A DNA stretch of 54,970 bases from Gammaproteobacteria bacterium (GTDB taxonomy: Bacteria; Pseudomonadota; Gammaproteobacteria; UBA4575): the NCBI GenBank assembly GCA_026710875.1, contig JAPOQE010000163.1, forward strand, positions 1-54,970, written 5' to 3'. A program made the translations under genes and the position numbers. Shown here in pieces: positions 29,993 through 40,711 of this stretch (within the stretch, counting starts at the first letter, position 1; each line of letters starts with the position of its first letter). Under the pieces are notes generated by a model, which ran no database searches, had not been told where the DNA came from, and saw only the letters and a program-made list of their open reading frames with translations.

Positions 29993-30717
29993 GCACACAA
30001 ACCAAACCGAATGTTGTTTCCGAGGATATTGAACTCGCCAAGCCAGAAATTACACAGGAAGATGTGGCGCATTTCTTGCGCACCCATAGTGATTTCTTTG
30101 TGTACTACCCCAAGTTGATTGAAACGCTGGCGATTCCGCACGAGACAGGTGAGGCTGTATCACTCGTTGAACGCCAGGTGGCCGTACTGCGCAAGAAAAA
30201 CAAGGAGCTGGGGAGGAAGCTGCACCAGTTGGTCACGGCCGCCAGGGAGAATGAGAAAGTCATGTGCCGGCTGCATGCATTGGCCTTACGCATTGTCACT
30301 GTCGAAGGGTTTGATGAAACCTTGGCTGAAATCATCGCGTTACTGCATTCAGAATTCCCGGGTACCTGCGTCAGAATTTGCTTGCTGAATGACCTGCCCG
30401 TTACCGGTTTGAAGGGTTGTGAATCGATGCAACCCGGCCTGTTGAAATCCAGGCTGGTACAGGATCTTTTCTCAGGTTCGCGTCGCAGGGTCGCCATTCT
30501 TAACAAACGCCAGATCGAGGGTGTATTCGAACCCGGAAAAGATGATCAACCGGTACACTCGGCTGTGGCATTGGCTCTGAAAAAAAACCGAAACCTTGGC
30601 GTGCTTTTCTTGGGAAGCACTGATGCAAACCGGTTTCAAAGCGACAAAGGCACGTTGTATCTGGGCAACCTTGGCGAGATTGTCAGTGCGAAACTGCACC
30701 AGTTCTCGGGTACGTAG
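29989..30717 (+). CDS. DUF484 (YigA-like) protein
   Basis: Overlaps the dapF stop (ATGA). N-terminus 'VAHFLRTHSDFF' and a coiled-coil 'VSLVERQVAVLRKKNKEL' typical of DUF484. Conserved dapF-yigA-xerC synteny. Confidence 0.8.
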   Translation: MSTQTKPNVVSEDIELAKPEITQEDVAHFLRTHSDFFVYYPKLIETLAIPHETGEAVSLVERQVAVLRKKNKELGRKLHQLVTAARENEKVMCRLHALALRIVTVEGFDETLAEIIALLHSEFPGTCVRICLLNDLPVTGLKGCESMQPGLLKSRLVQDLFSGSRRRVAILNKRQIEGVFEPGKDDQPVHSAVALALKKNRNLGVLFLGSTDANRFQSDKGTLYLGNLGEIVSAKLHQFSGT

Positions 30718-30818
30718 TCTCTTTCGGATTCCCGGGTTTGACACAGGCAGGCTCGCTTGTTTCCTTTTACCGCTACCAGGTGGTACGGTGAGAGTGTTTG
30801 AGCGGGAGTGGACACGAT

Positions 30819-31766
30819 ATGACTATGGCTACGGGTCAGCCTGATACCGGGGATCTCGTTCGCAGATATCTGCGCTACCTGAGTGATGAGCGCAGGTATT
30901 CCCCTGCCACTGTGGAAAGCTATCAGAGGGATATCCTGCAGTTTGTCAAATTTGTCGAGGCAGCCAAGGTAAAGAACTGTTGTCAGGCAGATACGCTGCA
31001 TGTACGCAATTTTGCCGGATCGAGGCGGCGTCGAGGGATTTCAGCACGTAGTCTGCAGCGTTGCCTGAGTGCCCTCAAGGGATTCTACAGTTACTTGCAG
31101 CGTGAACAGTTCATAGCGAATAATCCTGTTGCCGATGTGAGCGCCCCCGGCGCCAAGAAAACACTTCCTGAAGTGCTGGATGTGGACGAAGTCAACCGCC
31201 TGCTTTCGCAGACACCGCAGGGCCCTCTTGAAGTGCGCGACCATGCCATGATGGAGCTCATGTACTCTTCCGGGCTACGTCTGGTTGAACTCGTCAATTT
31301 GAATGCCGCCGATCTGGATTTGTCTCAGCGTCAGGTGCGCGTGCTGGGCAAAGGGAATAAAGTGCGGTATCTGCCGGTCGGGCAGGCTGCCTGCAGCTCA
31401 CTTGAACAATGGCTGCAAGAACGCGCTTCTTGGGTCGCAGAAAGTGAAGCTGCGGTATTCATCAGCAAGCGAGGTAACCGTTTGTCTACACGTGCAGTAC
31501 AGCAACGTGTGGCGCGGCTCGCACGCAAGCATGGTCTGGACAAGCATGTGCATCCACACATGTTGCGTCATTCATTTGCGAGCCATCTGCTGGAATCCAG
31601 CGGGGACCTGCGTGCAGTGCAGGAAATGCTCGGGCATGCCGATATCAGCACGACACAGATCTACACCCATCTGGACTTTCAGCATCTGGCACAGGTATAT
31701 GACCGCACCCACCCGCGTGCCAGGAAAAGTTCAACCCGTAAAGGCTCTGGTCCCGGGGAGAAGTAA
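30819..31766 (+). CDS. xerC: Tyrosine site-specific recombinase XerC
   Basis: 'RHSFASHLL' and 'LGHADISTTQIYTHL' (catalytic R-H-R-Y set). Synteny supports the call. The ATG at 30819 is preferred over the TTG at 30798. Confidence 0.92.
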   Translation: MTMATGQPDTGDLVRRYLRYLSDERRYSPATVESYQRDILQFVKFVEAAKVKNCCQADTLHVRNFAGSRRRRGISARSLQRCLSALKGFYSYLQREQFIANNPVADVSAPGAKKTLPEVLDVDEVNRLLSQTPQGPLEVRDHAMMELMYSSGLRLVELVNLNAADLDLSQRQVRVLGKGNKVRYLPVGQAACSSLEQWLQERASWVAESEAAVFISKRGNRLSTRAVQQRVARLARKHGLDKHVHPHMLRHSFASHLLESSGDLRAVQEMLGHADISTTQIYTHLDFQHLAQVYDRTHPRARKSSTRKGSGPGEK

Positions 31767-31889
31767 CCCACACCGTTCGTCTGGTGTTAACTGTTTGAGG
31801 TTTTTGCTAATCTGGCTTTGATAAGGAGCCGTGTTCGCCCTTGTCGCTGCATTTCATGATAATGGTCAGTCGGGACAGCCACTACGTAT

Positions 31890-32423
31890 ATGGAACAATT
31901 TAAAGGTACTACAATTCTTAGTGTACGTCGCAACGGCAAGGTCGCGTTGGGCGGCGATGGTCAGGTATCACTGGGTGATACCGTTATGAAGGCCAATGCA
32001 AAAAAAATCCGCAGGCTGTACGAAGACAAGGTCATAGCAGGTTTTGCCGGGGGTACTGCAGATGCATTCACCCTGTTTGAGCGCTTTGAATCCAAGCTTG
32101 AAATGCACAATGGGCAGTTGACCCGCGCAGCCGTGGAACTTGCCAAGGACTGGCGTACCGATCGAATGTTGCGCAGACTCGAAGCGCTGCTGGCAGTATC
32201 GGATCAAGCCACTTCCCTGATCATTTCAGGCAATGGCGATGTGATCGAACCGGAAGATTCCTTGGTAGCGATCGGCTCTGGAGGCTCATACGCGCAGGCT
32301 GCTGCCAAGGCCCTGCTGGAGGATACCCAATTGAGCGCAAAGGAAATTGTCCTCAAGGCACTGAATATTGCGGCTGGCATTTGTATTTACACCAACACAA
32401 GCATTTCCATTGAAGAGCTGTAG
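31890..32423 (+). CDS. hslV: ATP-dependent protease subunit HslV
   Basis: N-terminal '[12 protein letters not shown]' (catalytic Thr after Met removal). 177 aa, followed by hslU. Confidence 0.96.
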   Translation: MEQFKGTTILSVRRNGKVALGGDGQVSLGDTVMKANAKKIRRLYEDKVIAGFAGGTADAFTLFERFESKLEMHNGQLTRAAVELAKDWRTDRMLRRLEALLAVSDQATSLIISGNGDVIEPEDSLVAIGSGGSYAQAAAKALLEDTQLSAKEIVLKALNIAAGICIYTNTSISIEEL

Positions 32424-32459
32424 CTTTTCGCACACTGTATTCTGGGATATGGGCCACTT

Positions 32460-33788
32460 ATGTCAAACATGACTCCTCGGGAAATTGTCCAGGAACTCGA
32501 CAAGCACATTGTCGGGCAGGACGAGGCCAAGCGTGCAGTGGCCATCGCCTTGCGTAACCGATGGCGCCGTCAGCAACTGCCGGAGGTGCTGCGCGTGGAA
32601 GTCACTCCCAAAAATATACTGATGATAGGACCGACCGGTGTCGGGAAAACGGAGATAGCGCGGCGTCTGGCACGTCTGGCCAATGCCCCTTTCATCAAGG
32701 TCGAAGCTACCAAATTTACTGAAGTAGGTTACGTGGGCAAGGAAGTGGATTCCATTGTCCGTGATCTTGTAGACACATCAGTCAAAATGATGCGTGAACA
32801 AGAGATGGAAAAAGTGAGCTTTCGTGCCGAGGAAGTGGCGGAAGAAAGGATTCTGGATGCGTTGCTGCCGCCTAGAACGGACCCTGAGAACGATAGTAAA
32901 ACGCGGGCGTCGAGTGAAACACGACAAAAATTCAGGAAAAAATTGCGAGAAGGTGGTCTGGACGACACTGAGATTGAAGTTGATGTGGCAGTCGCACCGG
33001 TAGGCGTGGAAATCATGACCCCGCCGGGCATGGAGGAAATGGCAAGTCAGCTTCAGGGCATGTTTCAAAATTTAGGCAGCAACAAGAAAAAAACCCGCAA
33101 AATACGCATTGAAGAGGCGATGAAGGTATTGACTGACGAGGAAGCTCAAAAACTGATTAATGAAGAGGAACTGAAGACCAAGGCTCTCGAGAGTGTCGAA
33201 CAGAATGGCATCGTGTTTCTGGATGAGATTGATAAAGTTACGAAACACGGTGAGACGAGTGGTGCTGATGTATCGCGTGAGGGTGTACAGCGGGATTTAC
33301 TGCCTTTGGTAGAGGGCTGCACCATCAATACCAAGTACGGCATGATTAAAACCGACCATATACTGTTCATCGCCTCGGGGGCATTTCATGTATCCAAGCC
33401 TTCTGATCTGATACCGGAACTGCAGGGTCGCTTGCCGATTCGAGTTGAGCTGAAGGCACTTACTGCGGATGACTTTGTGCGTATACTCGCTGAGCCTGAT
33501 GCTTCGCTTACAGAACAGTATGCTGCGCTGCTCGCAACGGAAGGCGTGCAACTGGAATTTGCCAAAGACGGAATCCGCAAGGTTGCACAAATTGCTCATG
33601 ACGTGAATGAATCCACAGAAAACATTGGTGCACGCAGACTGCACACGGTAATGGAACGACTACTGGAGAAAATCTCGTTTTCAGCACCGGATGAAAGCGG
33701 TATGTCCATTACCATTGATCAGGCCTATGTGGATGAGAATATTGGCGAGCTGGTCAAGGATGAGGATCTGAGCCGTTATATATTGTAA
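32460..33788 (+). CDS. hslU: ATP-dependent protease ATPase subunit HslU
   Basis: '[21 protein letters not shown]', Walker A '[15 protein letters not shown]', 'IVFLDEIDK'. Confidence 0.96.
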   Translation: MSNMTPREIVQELDKHIVGQDEAKRAVAIALRNRWRRQQLPEVLRVEVTPKNILMIGPTGVGKTEIARRLARLANAPFIKVEATKFTEVGYVGKEVDSIVRDLVDTSVKMMREQEMEKVSFRAEEVAEERILDALLPPRTDPENDSKTRASSETRQKFRKKLREGGLDDTEIEVDVAVAPVGVEIMTPPGMEEMASQLQGMFQNLGSNKKKTRKIRIEEAMKVLTDEEAQKLINEEELKTKALESVEQNGIVFLDEIDKVTKHGETSGADVSREGVQRDLLPLVEGCTINTKYGMIKTDHILFIASGAFHVSKPSDLIPELQGRLPIRVELKALTADDFVRILAEPDASLTEQYAALLATEGVQLEFAKDGIRKVAQIAHDVNESTENIGARRLHTVMERLLEKISFSAPDESGMSITIDQAYVDENIGELVKDEDLSRYIL

Positions 33789-33829
33789 TTTCCACCAGGC
33801 ATGCCAACGTTATAAGAAGGACCAGACAC

Positions 33830-34198
33830 TTGACAAAAAAAACACCCACCGAAATTCAACTGCATCAAAAATCGAGAATTCTTGAAATAGCGTTTAATGA
33901 CGGCAAACATTTCAAGCTATCGTGCGAGTACCTTCGTGTACATTCGCCTTCTGCAGAAGTGGCCGGACATGGGCCTGGTCAAGAGGTATTGCAGCTCGGC
34001 AAGGAAGATGTCGGCATCAATGCCATTGAACAGGTGGGGAATTATGCCGTGCAACTGGTGTTCGATGATAACCACGATACAGGGATTTTTTCCTGGGAAT
34101 ATCTCTATGAACTTGGTATTCATCAGGAACAAAAGTGGCAAAGGTATCTGGAGCGCTTGAAAGAGGCAGGTTATCAACGAAAGGTTCTGAGTGAATAA
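33830..34198 (+). CDS. DUF971 (gamma-butyrobetaine hydroxylase-like N-terminal domain) protein
   Basis: TTG start. 'LEIAFNDGKHFKLSCEYLRVHSPSAEV...YAVQLVFDDNHDTGIFSWEYL' matches the DUF971 pattern. Confidence 0.75.
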   Translation: MTKKTPTEIQLHQKSRILEIAFNDGKHFKLSCEYLRVHSPSAEVAGHGPGQEVLQLGKEDVGINAIEQVGNYAVQLVFDDNHDTGIFSWEYLYELGIHQEQKWQRYLERLKEAGYQRKVLSE

Positions 34199-34298
34199 CA
34201 CCTGTCCAACATTAGGGTACGGACAATCAGCTTCCCTTGCACACTTCAATTCTGGTGCAGATGCAGCCATCTGCAGTACCTGACACAGTAGATCCGGC

Positions 34299-35048
34299 AT
34301 GCAAGAAAAAAATACTCACTTTGGCTATCAGGAGGTAAGTCCTGAAGAGAAAACAGAAAAGGTCAACGCAGTATTTGATTCGGTGGCCAGTAAATACGAC
34401 GTGATGAACGATGTGATGTCGTTTGGTATGCATCGGATCTGGAAACATCAATTTGCATTTCTTGCAAACGTTCGCACTGGTTTCAAGGTGCTCGATCTGG
34501 CAGCCGGCACTGCAGATGTCTCGGCATTACTGGCTACGAAACTGGCTGATCAGGGCGAACTCACGCTTTGCGACCTTAACCTTGCAATGCTGGAGCATGG
34601 ACGTGCGAAGCTGGTGGATAGAGGCCTGCTCAAAAACCTGCATTACGTGCAGGCGATGGCAGAAGACCTGCCATTCAGGGAAAATTATTTTGATCGGGTT
34701 GTCATCGCTTTCGGCTTGAGAAACTTCACGGACAAGAGTCAGGCCCTGCAGGCAATTTTCCGGGTACTGAAACCGGGTGGGCAGCTATTGATACTGGAGT
34801 TTTCCAAGCCGCACAAATGGCTGCGCAAAGCCTACGACATCTATTCTTTCGGTTTTTTGCCGAAAATGGGCAAGCTGGTCGCAAGCGATGCCGGCAGCTA
34901 CCGGTATTTGGCTGAATCAATACGCAAGCATCCTGACCAGAGTACCCTGCACGCCATGCTGGAGTCTGCAGGTTTTCAGCAGTGTGATTATCTGGACCTT
35001 CACTTCGGGGTGGTTTGCATCCACCGTGGTTACAAGCTCTCTGCGTGA
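34299..35048 (+). CDS. ubiE: Ubiquinone/menaquinone C-methyltransferase UbiE
   Basis: 'THFGYQEV', 'VFDSVASKYDVMND' and the SAM motif 'VLDLAAGTAD'. Confidence 0.95.
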   Translation: MQEKNTHFGYQEVSPEEKTEKVNAVFDSVASKYDVMNDVMSFGMHRIWKHQFAFLANVRTGFKVLDLAAGTADVSALLATKLADQGELTLCDLNLAMLEHGRAKLVDRGLLKNLHYVQAMAEDLPFRENYFDRVVIAFGLRNFTDKSQALQAIFRVLKPGGQLLILEFSKPHKWLRKAYDIYSFGFLPKMGKLVASDAGSYRYLAESIRKHPDQSTLHAMLESAGFQQCDYLDLHFGVVCIHRGYKLSA

Positions 35049-35056
35049 ACAAGCCC

Positions 35057-35662
35057 ATGCCACTAAAGCTCATCAACAGCTTTTTGAAGAAATATTTCGA
35101 CCAGGATCCTGAGGTTGCAGGACGACTGCAATCGCTTCAGGGCAAGCACATTATTCTTAGCCTGACAGACCTGAATAAGGAGTTACTTGTAACCTCTGAG
35201 CAGGAGCGGATTGTAGTTGCGGAACACCTGGATTACGACTCTTGCGAGGTGGATGCCACAGTCCATTCGGATGTCATGACCTTGCTTTGTATTGCATTGG
35301 GCGCAAAATACCAGCCTCACCTGGAAGATGGCTCGGTACATGTGCAAGGAGATCTTGAGGTGGCGAAACAGATGGGAAGGATACTTGCCTCTGTGGAAAT
35401 AGACTGGGAAGAGATAGCCGCCTTTTATGTCGGAGACACACTGGCGCACCAGTTTGGGATGTTGCTTGGCCGTGCAGGCAAGTACAAGCGCCGCTCTATA
35501 AAAAACTTCTTTCTGGATGTGAGCGAATACCTGCAGGAAGAATCACAGGTCATGCCGGCAAAAGCAGAAATAGTACGGTTTCTGAGTGAAACTGAAACCC
35601 TGGATGCTGATATCGGACATCTTGAAGATCGTATTGACCGGCTTAGCAAAACTAAACGCTGA
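35057..35662 (+). CDS. ubiJ: Ubiquinone biosynthesis accessory factor UbiJ (SCP2 domain)
   Basis: ATG at 35057, just after the ubiE stop. Lies between ubiE and ubiB. SCP2-like N-terminal part and coiled-coil C-terminus. Confidence 0.75.
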   Translation: MPLKLINSFLKKYFDQDPEVAGRLQSLQGKHIILSLTDLNKELLVTSEQERIVVAEHLDYDSCEVDATVHSDVMTLLCIALGAKYQPHLEDGSVHVQGDLEVAKQMGRILASVEIDWEEIAAFYVGDTLAHQFGMLLGRAGKYKRRSIKNFFLDVSEYLQEESQVMPAKAEIVRFLSETETLDADIGHLEDRIDRLSKTKR

Positions 35663-35667
35663 TTCTC

Positions 35668-37230
35668 ATGCGTTACATCCGGTTACTCCTTAGGCTTTTC
35701 CGTATCAATATCGTTTTGATTCGGCATGGCTTGGAAGAAGTCGTGTTTGCCATCCCTTATTTTCGGCCGATACGGTTTTTGCTTTTATTGTTGCCCTGGC
35801 ACTGGTTCAGAAAAGAGGAAATTACACATGGTGTTCGCATTCGCTATGTACTGGAAGACCTGGGCCCGATCTTTGTGAAATTCGGGCAGACATTGTCTAC
35901 GCGCCGTGACTTGTTCCCGGAAGAGGTTGCTGATGAGCTTGCCAAGTTGCAGGATCAGGTGCCGCCTTTTCCCGGCGAGGAAGCCAAGCGCCTGATTGAG
36001 CAGGCACTACAGAAGTCGGTCGATGAGGCCTTTGATGAATTCAGTATTGAACCCATGGCATCCGCTTCGATTGCACAGGTGCATGTGGCCAAGCTGCATG
36101 AAGGCGCGGAGGTGGTGGTCAAGGTGTTGCGCCCGGGTGTTGAAAAGCAGGTTCGCCAAGACCTGGACCTGCTGCATGTACTTGCAGCCATCGTGCAGCG
36201 ATACTGGAAAGACGCGAATCTGTTACAGCCCCGCGAAGTGGTACAGGAATTTGAGCGAGTCATCCTGGATGAGTTGGACCTCATGCGAGAAGCGGCGAAT
36301 GCCAGTCAGTTGCGCAGGAATTTTGAAAATTCGCCTGATCTGTATGTGCCTGAAGTCTACTTTGATCTATGTCGGCGAAATGTCCTGGTGATCGAGCGGA
36401 TCCATGGCATTCCGGTAAGCGACCGGGCTGCTTTGGAACGTCATGGGATAAACCTCAAGAAACTGTCAGAACGCGGATGCCATATCTTTTTCACACAGGT
36501 ATTCAGGCACAATTTTTTTCATGGAGACATGCATCCAGGCAATATTTTTGTTTCCTACGATAACCCGGAAGATCCCAAGTATATCGGGGTTGATTTTGGA
36601 GTGATCGGCACGCTTACAACGTCTGACAAAAGATATCTTGCAGAAAATCTTCTGGCATTTTTCAATCGGGACTACCGCAGGGTTGCAGAACTGCATCTGG
36701 AGTCGGGCTGGGTGCCTCCGGATGTACGGGTGGAGGAATTTGAATCGGCTATTCGAACTGTGTGCGAGCCCGTGTTCCAGCGGCCGCTCAGCGAGATTTC
36801 ATTTGGAAATCTGCTTGTTCGGCTCTTCCAGACAACACGCCGTTTCAATATGAAGGTTCAGCCCCAGCTGGTCTTGTTGGAAAAGACCATGCTGAGCATC
36901 GAGGGTCTGAGTCGTCAACTGGACCCCAGCCTGAATCTCTGGGACAGCGCAAAACCTTTCATGGAGCGCTGGATGAGCGAGCAGGTGGGTATGCGCGCGC
37001 TGGCTTTGGGGGTACGCAAACAGCTTCCCCGGATGGCAGAACGCCTGCCAGAAATTCCGGATCTGGTCTATACGAGCATGAAAAAATTTGAACAAAATCA
37101 TGACATGCTTGAGCAGCAAAGTCAGGAATTCAAGGCCCTGCGTACGGAAGTAAGAAAATCGAATCGGAACGTAGCGGTCATCCTGATACTTGCACTGGCG
37201 GCTACCCTGCTGGGCATGTGGTATCTCTAG
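35668..37230 (+). CDS. ubiB: Ubiquinone biosynthesis protein kinase-like UbiB
   Basis: ABC1/UbiB family: 'LGPIFVKFGQTLSTRRDL', 'ASASIAQVH', 'FFHGDMHPGN'. C-terminal TM segment. Confidence 0.95.
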   Translation: MRYIRLLLRLFRINIVLIRHGLEEVVFAIPYFRPIRFLLLLLPWHWFRKEEITHGVRIRYVLEDLGPIFVKFGQTLSTRRDLFPEEVADELAKLQDQVPPFPGEEAKRLIEQALQKSVDEAFDEFSIEPMASASIAQVHVAKLHEGAEVVVKVLRPGVEKQVRQDLDLLHVLAAIVQRYWKDANLLQPREVVQEFERVILDELDLMREAANASQLRRNFENSPDLYVPEVYFDLCRRNVLVIERIHGIPVSDRAALERHGINLKKLSERGCHIFFTQVFRHNFFHGDMHPGNIFVSYDNPEDPKYIGVDFGVIGTLTTSDKRYLAENLLAFFNRDYRRVAELHLESGWVPPDVRVEEFESAIRTVCEPVFQRPLSEISFGNLLVRLFQTTRRFNMKVQPQLVLLEKTMLSIEGLSRQLDPSLNLWDSAKPFMERWMSEQVGMRALALGVRKQLPRMAERLPEIPDLVYTSMKKFEQNHDMLEQQSQEFKALRTEVRKSNRNVAVILILALAATLLGMWYL

Positions 37231-37264
37231 TTATCTGCCGACTACCATGAGGCCCGGCATGTAA

Positions 37265-39436
37265 ATGGACGTTACACCCATTCTTGGTTGTTTAAATGGT
37301 GCGCAGCGGGAAGCAGTGACTGCAGGGAATGTGCCTGCATTGGTTATTGCAGGTGCGGGTAGCGGTAAAACGCGTGTCTTGGTGCACCGAATTGCATGGC
37401 TGTGCGATGTGCAATCGGTTTCACCGTACAGCCTGCTGGCGGTCACGTTTACGAATAAGGCCGCAGCCGAGATGCGCGCGCGCATAGAACATCTTCTGAA
37501 CCATGCGGTAGGGGGTCTGTGGATCGGAACCTTCCACGGCATATCGCATCGTCTATTACGTGCTCACTGGCAAGAGGCGGGCCTCAAGGAGAACTTTCAA
37601 GTCCTGGACAGTGGAGACCAGTTGCGCCTGGTGAAGCGCATCATTCAGGGTTTGGGCCTTGATGACTCCAAATGGCCTCCCAAGCTGGCACGAGGATTTA
37701 TCAACAGCCAAAAAGAGGAAGGATTGAGAGCTGCCGATCTACAGGGACGTGAAGACCAGAACGAACGGCAGTTGATACGGATATACACCGCTTACGAGCA
37801 AGAGTGCGAACGTACCGGATCAGTAGATTTTGCCGAATTGTTGCTGCGAAGCCTCGAGCTTTTGCTGAAAAAGGCTGAAATTCTCGCTCACTACCGTGAA
37901 AAATTTCGCCACATCCTGGTCGATGAATTCCAGGATACGAACGCCATCCAGTACCAATGGCTCAAGACGTTTGCCGGAGAAGACAATCCCGTTTTTGCTG
38001 TCGGTGATGATGACCAGTCTATCTACGGCTGGCGAGGTGCGCGAATTGAAAATATTCGCAACTTTGAGCGTGATTACAAGAACGCGCAGGTATTCAGGCT
38101 GGAACAAAACTATCGTTCGACCAATACAATTCTGTCGGCTGCGAACTCGTTGATCGGCAATAACGCAGGCCGAATGGGAAAAAAACTGTGGACCGAAGGA
38201 AGCGAAGGAGAGCCTGTTCAATTGTATGCTGCATTCAATGAGCAGGACGAGGCACGCTACGTTGCTGACAGAGTGCAGCAATGGGTTGAGGACGGCACGA
38301 AACGCCGTGATGAGATTGCCATTTTGTATCGCTCCAACGTGCAGTCGCGGGTGTTTGAAGAGGTCTTTATTTCACAAAGCATCCCGTACCGGGTCTACGG
38401 AGGGCTGCGCTTTTTTGAACGTGCAGAAATCAGGGATGCCCTGGCCTACCTGCGCCTGGCAAAAAACCCTGATGATGATCCTTCTTTCGAGCGCATCGTC
38501 AATACTCCGCCGCGCGGAATCGGCCAGCGCACAATGACGCAGCTGCGTGACTTTGCACGTGCTCGCCAGAGTACACTCTGGAATGCCGCTGCAGAGGCCT
38601 CCCGCACGGACCTGCTGGCCTCGCGCTCTGCAAATGCAATGGGAAAATTTCTGCAGTTCATGCAAAACCTGGAAGAGGATATCCGCGGACTGGAGCTTGA
38701 AGAACAGGTTGATCTCATCATCCAGATGTCCGGTTTACTGGAACATCATGGTCGGGAAAATGGTGAAAAAGCAAAATCACGTGTCGAAAACCTGCAGGAG
38801 CTGGTGACAGCTGCCAGAGACTTTGATCTCAAAAATGAACTGTATGCAGGCATGCAGCCCGCAGATGCTTTTCTGGTTCATGCAGCCCTCGAGGCGGGTG
38901 AAGGTCAGGGCGCCCAGTGGGAGGATTGCGTACAGTTGATGACACTGCATGCGGCCAAGGGGCTGGAGTTTGCCTTGGTGTTTGTCGTTGGCCTGGAGGA
39001 AGGCCTTTTCCCCACGGGGATGTCAATGGAAGAACCAGGCAGGCTCGAGGAAGAGCGTCGCTTGTGCTACGTCGGGATCACGCGAGCGTGCCAGCAACTG
39101 GTGCTTACCTATGCCGAGTCCAGGCGTCGCTATGGTGCTGAAAGCTACTACAATTCACCTTCCCGGTTCATTAACGAAATTCCGGCTGAACTGATGACCG
39201 AGGTACGCCCGCGGGCGATGCTTGCCAAGCCGGTCCACTCGGGTACAAAAGCGGGCTTGTTTGCCAAGGATACGGGGGTCAGGATTGGGAGCAACGTCAA
39301 TCACAGTAAATTCGGCAAGGGCGTGGTAATGGATTGTGAAGGGGCCGGCAGCAGCGCCAGGGTGCAGGTGAATTTCGAGACAGAGGGTTGTAAATGGCTG
39401 GTCTTGTCTTATGCAAATCTTGACGTGCTTGCTTGA
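37265..39436 (+). CDS. uvrD: DNA helicase II UvrD
   Basis: Walker A 'AGAGSGKT', 'VDEFQDTN', 'GDDDQSIYGWRGA', 'LEQNYRS', 'TLHAAKGLEF'. 723 aa, in an xerC...uvrD neighbourhood. Confidence 0.93.
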   Translation: MDVTPILGCLNGAQREAVTAGNVPALVIAGAGSGKTRVLVHRIAWLCDVQSVSPYSLLAVTFTNKAAAEMRARIEHLLNHAVGGLWIGTFHGISHRLLRAHWQEAGLKENFQVLDSGDQLRLVKRIIQGLGLDDSKWPPKLARGFINSQKEEGLRAADLQGREDQNERQLIRIYTAYEQECERTGSVDFAELLLRSLELLLKKAEILAHYREKFRHILVDEFQDTNAIQYQWLKTFAGEDNPVFAVGDDDQSIYGWRGARIENIRNFERDYKNAQVFRLEQNYRSTNTILSAANSLIGNNAGRMGKKLWTEGSEGEPVQLYAAFNEQDEARYVADRVQQWVEDGTKRRDEIAILYRSNVQSRVFEEVFISQSIPYRVYGGLRFFERAEIRDALAYLRLAKNPDDDPSFERIVNTPPRGIGQRTMTQLRDFARARQSTLWNAAAEASRTDLLASRSANAMGKFLQFMQNLEEDIRGLELEEQVDLIIQMSGLLEHHGRENGEKAKSRVENLQELVTAARDFDLKNELYAGMQPADAFLVHAALEAGEGQGAQWEDCVQLMTLHAAKGLEFALVFVVGLEEGLFPTGMSMEEPGRLEEERRLCYVGITRACQQLVLTYAESRRRYGAESYYNSPSRFINEIPAELMTEVRPRAMLAKPVHSGTKAGLFAKDTGVRIGSNVNHSKFGKGVVMDCEGAGSSARVQVNFETEGCKWLVLSYANLDVLA

Positions 39437-39554
39437 TATGAACACGGGTTTCGCTTTCCATGCAGGCTGGGTGAAGGCGCGAATTGCACATCCGGATTTA
39501 GGAGTGCGCCCACCAGTAGCATATACTTAGCCAAGGCAACTTCCCAAATTGACC

Positions 39555-40673
39555 ATGCAAAGAAGAAAATTTTTGCGCTATGCAGGAGCAAGCGCAGTCC
39601 TTGCAGGAGGCTTGAGCGCCTGTGAAGGAGAAAAGACATCGGATGTTTCTGCATCCGTTGATTCGCGAACCTGGGACTGGAAGATGGTCACCACTTGGCC
39701 AAAATTTTTCCCGGGCCTTGGTACTGGAGCCGAGTTTCTGGCTGAGCAAATCAACGTGATGACAGGAGGGCGTATCCATGTGACGGTGTACGGTGCCGGC
39801 GAGTTAGTACCCGCCTTTGAAATATTCGATGCCGTGTCAAACGGTTCTGCACAGATGGGCCATGGTTCGGCCTATTACTGGAAAGGCAAGTATCCTGCTC
39901 TGCAGTTTTTCTCCACCACGCCCTTCGGTATGACTGCCATGGAGATGAACAGCTGGCTATACCATGGGGGTGGGATGCAGTTATGGCAGGAAGCGTACGA
40001 AACGTTTGGTCTTGTTCCGGCAGCATCAGGAAACACCGGGGTGCAGATGGCAGGCTGGTTTAACAAGGAGGTCAATTCACTGGAAGATTTGAAAGGACTA
40101 AAGATGCGTATTCCAGGTCTTGCAGGCGAGGTGCTGAAACGGGCTGGTGGCACACCGGTTAATCTTCCTGGTGGTGAGCTTTTTACTTCATTGCAATCCG
40201 GTGCCATCGATGCTGCGGAATGGGTAGGCCCCTACAATGATCTGGCCTTTGGGTTTCATGAGATCGCCCGTTATTATTATTATCCGGGCTGGCACGAGCC
40301 CGGCACAGCACTTGAATGCTTTGTGAACAAGGAAGCCTTTGACGAGTTGCCCGAAGATTTGCAGGGCATTGTGGTCAATGCCTGCCGGGTGGCCAACCAA
40401 GACATGCTGGCAGAGTACATAGCCCGTAACAATGATGCGCTGGAGACATTAGTGAATGAACACGGTGTTGAATTGCGGGCTTTGCCAGAGGATGTTCTGA
40501 ATACGTTGGCGCAAATTTCTGAGGAGGTCATTGAAGAACTGGCATCTTCTGATCCTCTGGCAAGAAAGATTCACGATTCCTACCGCCAATTTCTTACGAA
40601 ATCGCGTGCCTGGCTGGATATATCCGAGCGTGCATACTTGAACTTGGACCCGGTATGGAAATCCCGTTCCTGA
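39555..40673 (+). CDS. TRAP transporter substrate-binding protein (DctP family) with Tat-like signal and lipobox
   Basis: 'MQRRKFLRYAGASAVLAGGLSAC' followed by a DctP-like body ('YYWKGK', 'WFNKEVNSLEDLKGLKMRIPG'). Adjacent to dctQM. Confidence 0.85.
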   Translation: MQRRKFLRYAGASAVLAGGLSACEGEKTSDVSASVDSRTWDWKMVTTWPKFFPGLGTGAEFLAEQINVMTGGRIHVTVYGAGELVPAFEIFDAVSNGSAQMGHGSAYYWKGKYPALQFFSTTPFGMTAMEMNSWLYHGGGMQLWQEAYETFGLVPAASGNTGVQMAGWFNKEVNSLEDLKGLKMRIPGLAGEVLKRAGGTPVNLPGGELFTSLQSGAIDAAEWVGPYNDLAFGFHEIARYYYYPGWHEPGTALECFVNKEAFDELPEDLQGIVVNACRVANQDMLAEYIARNNDALETLVNEHGVELRALPEDVLNTLAQISEEVIEELASSDPLARKIHDSYRQFLTKSRAWLDISERAYLNLDPVWKSRS

Positions 40674-40711
40674 CGGGTGCCCGGTCAGGCATCGTGACTG
40701 GGTAACGCAGT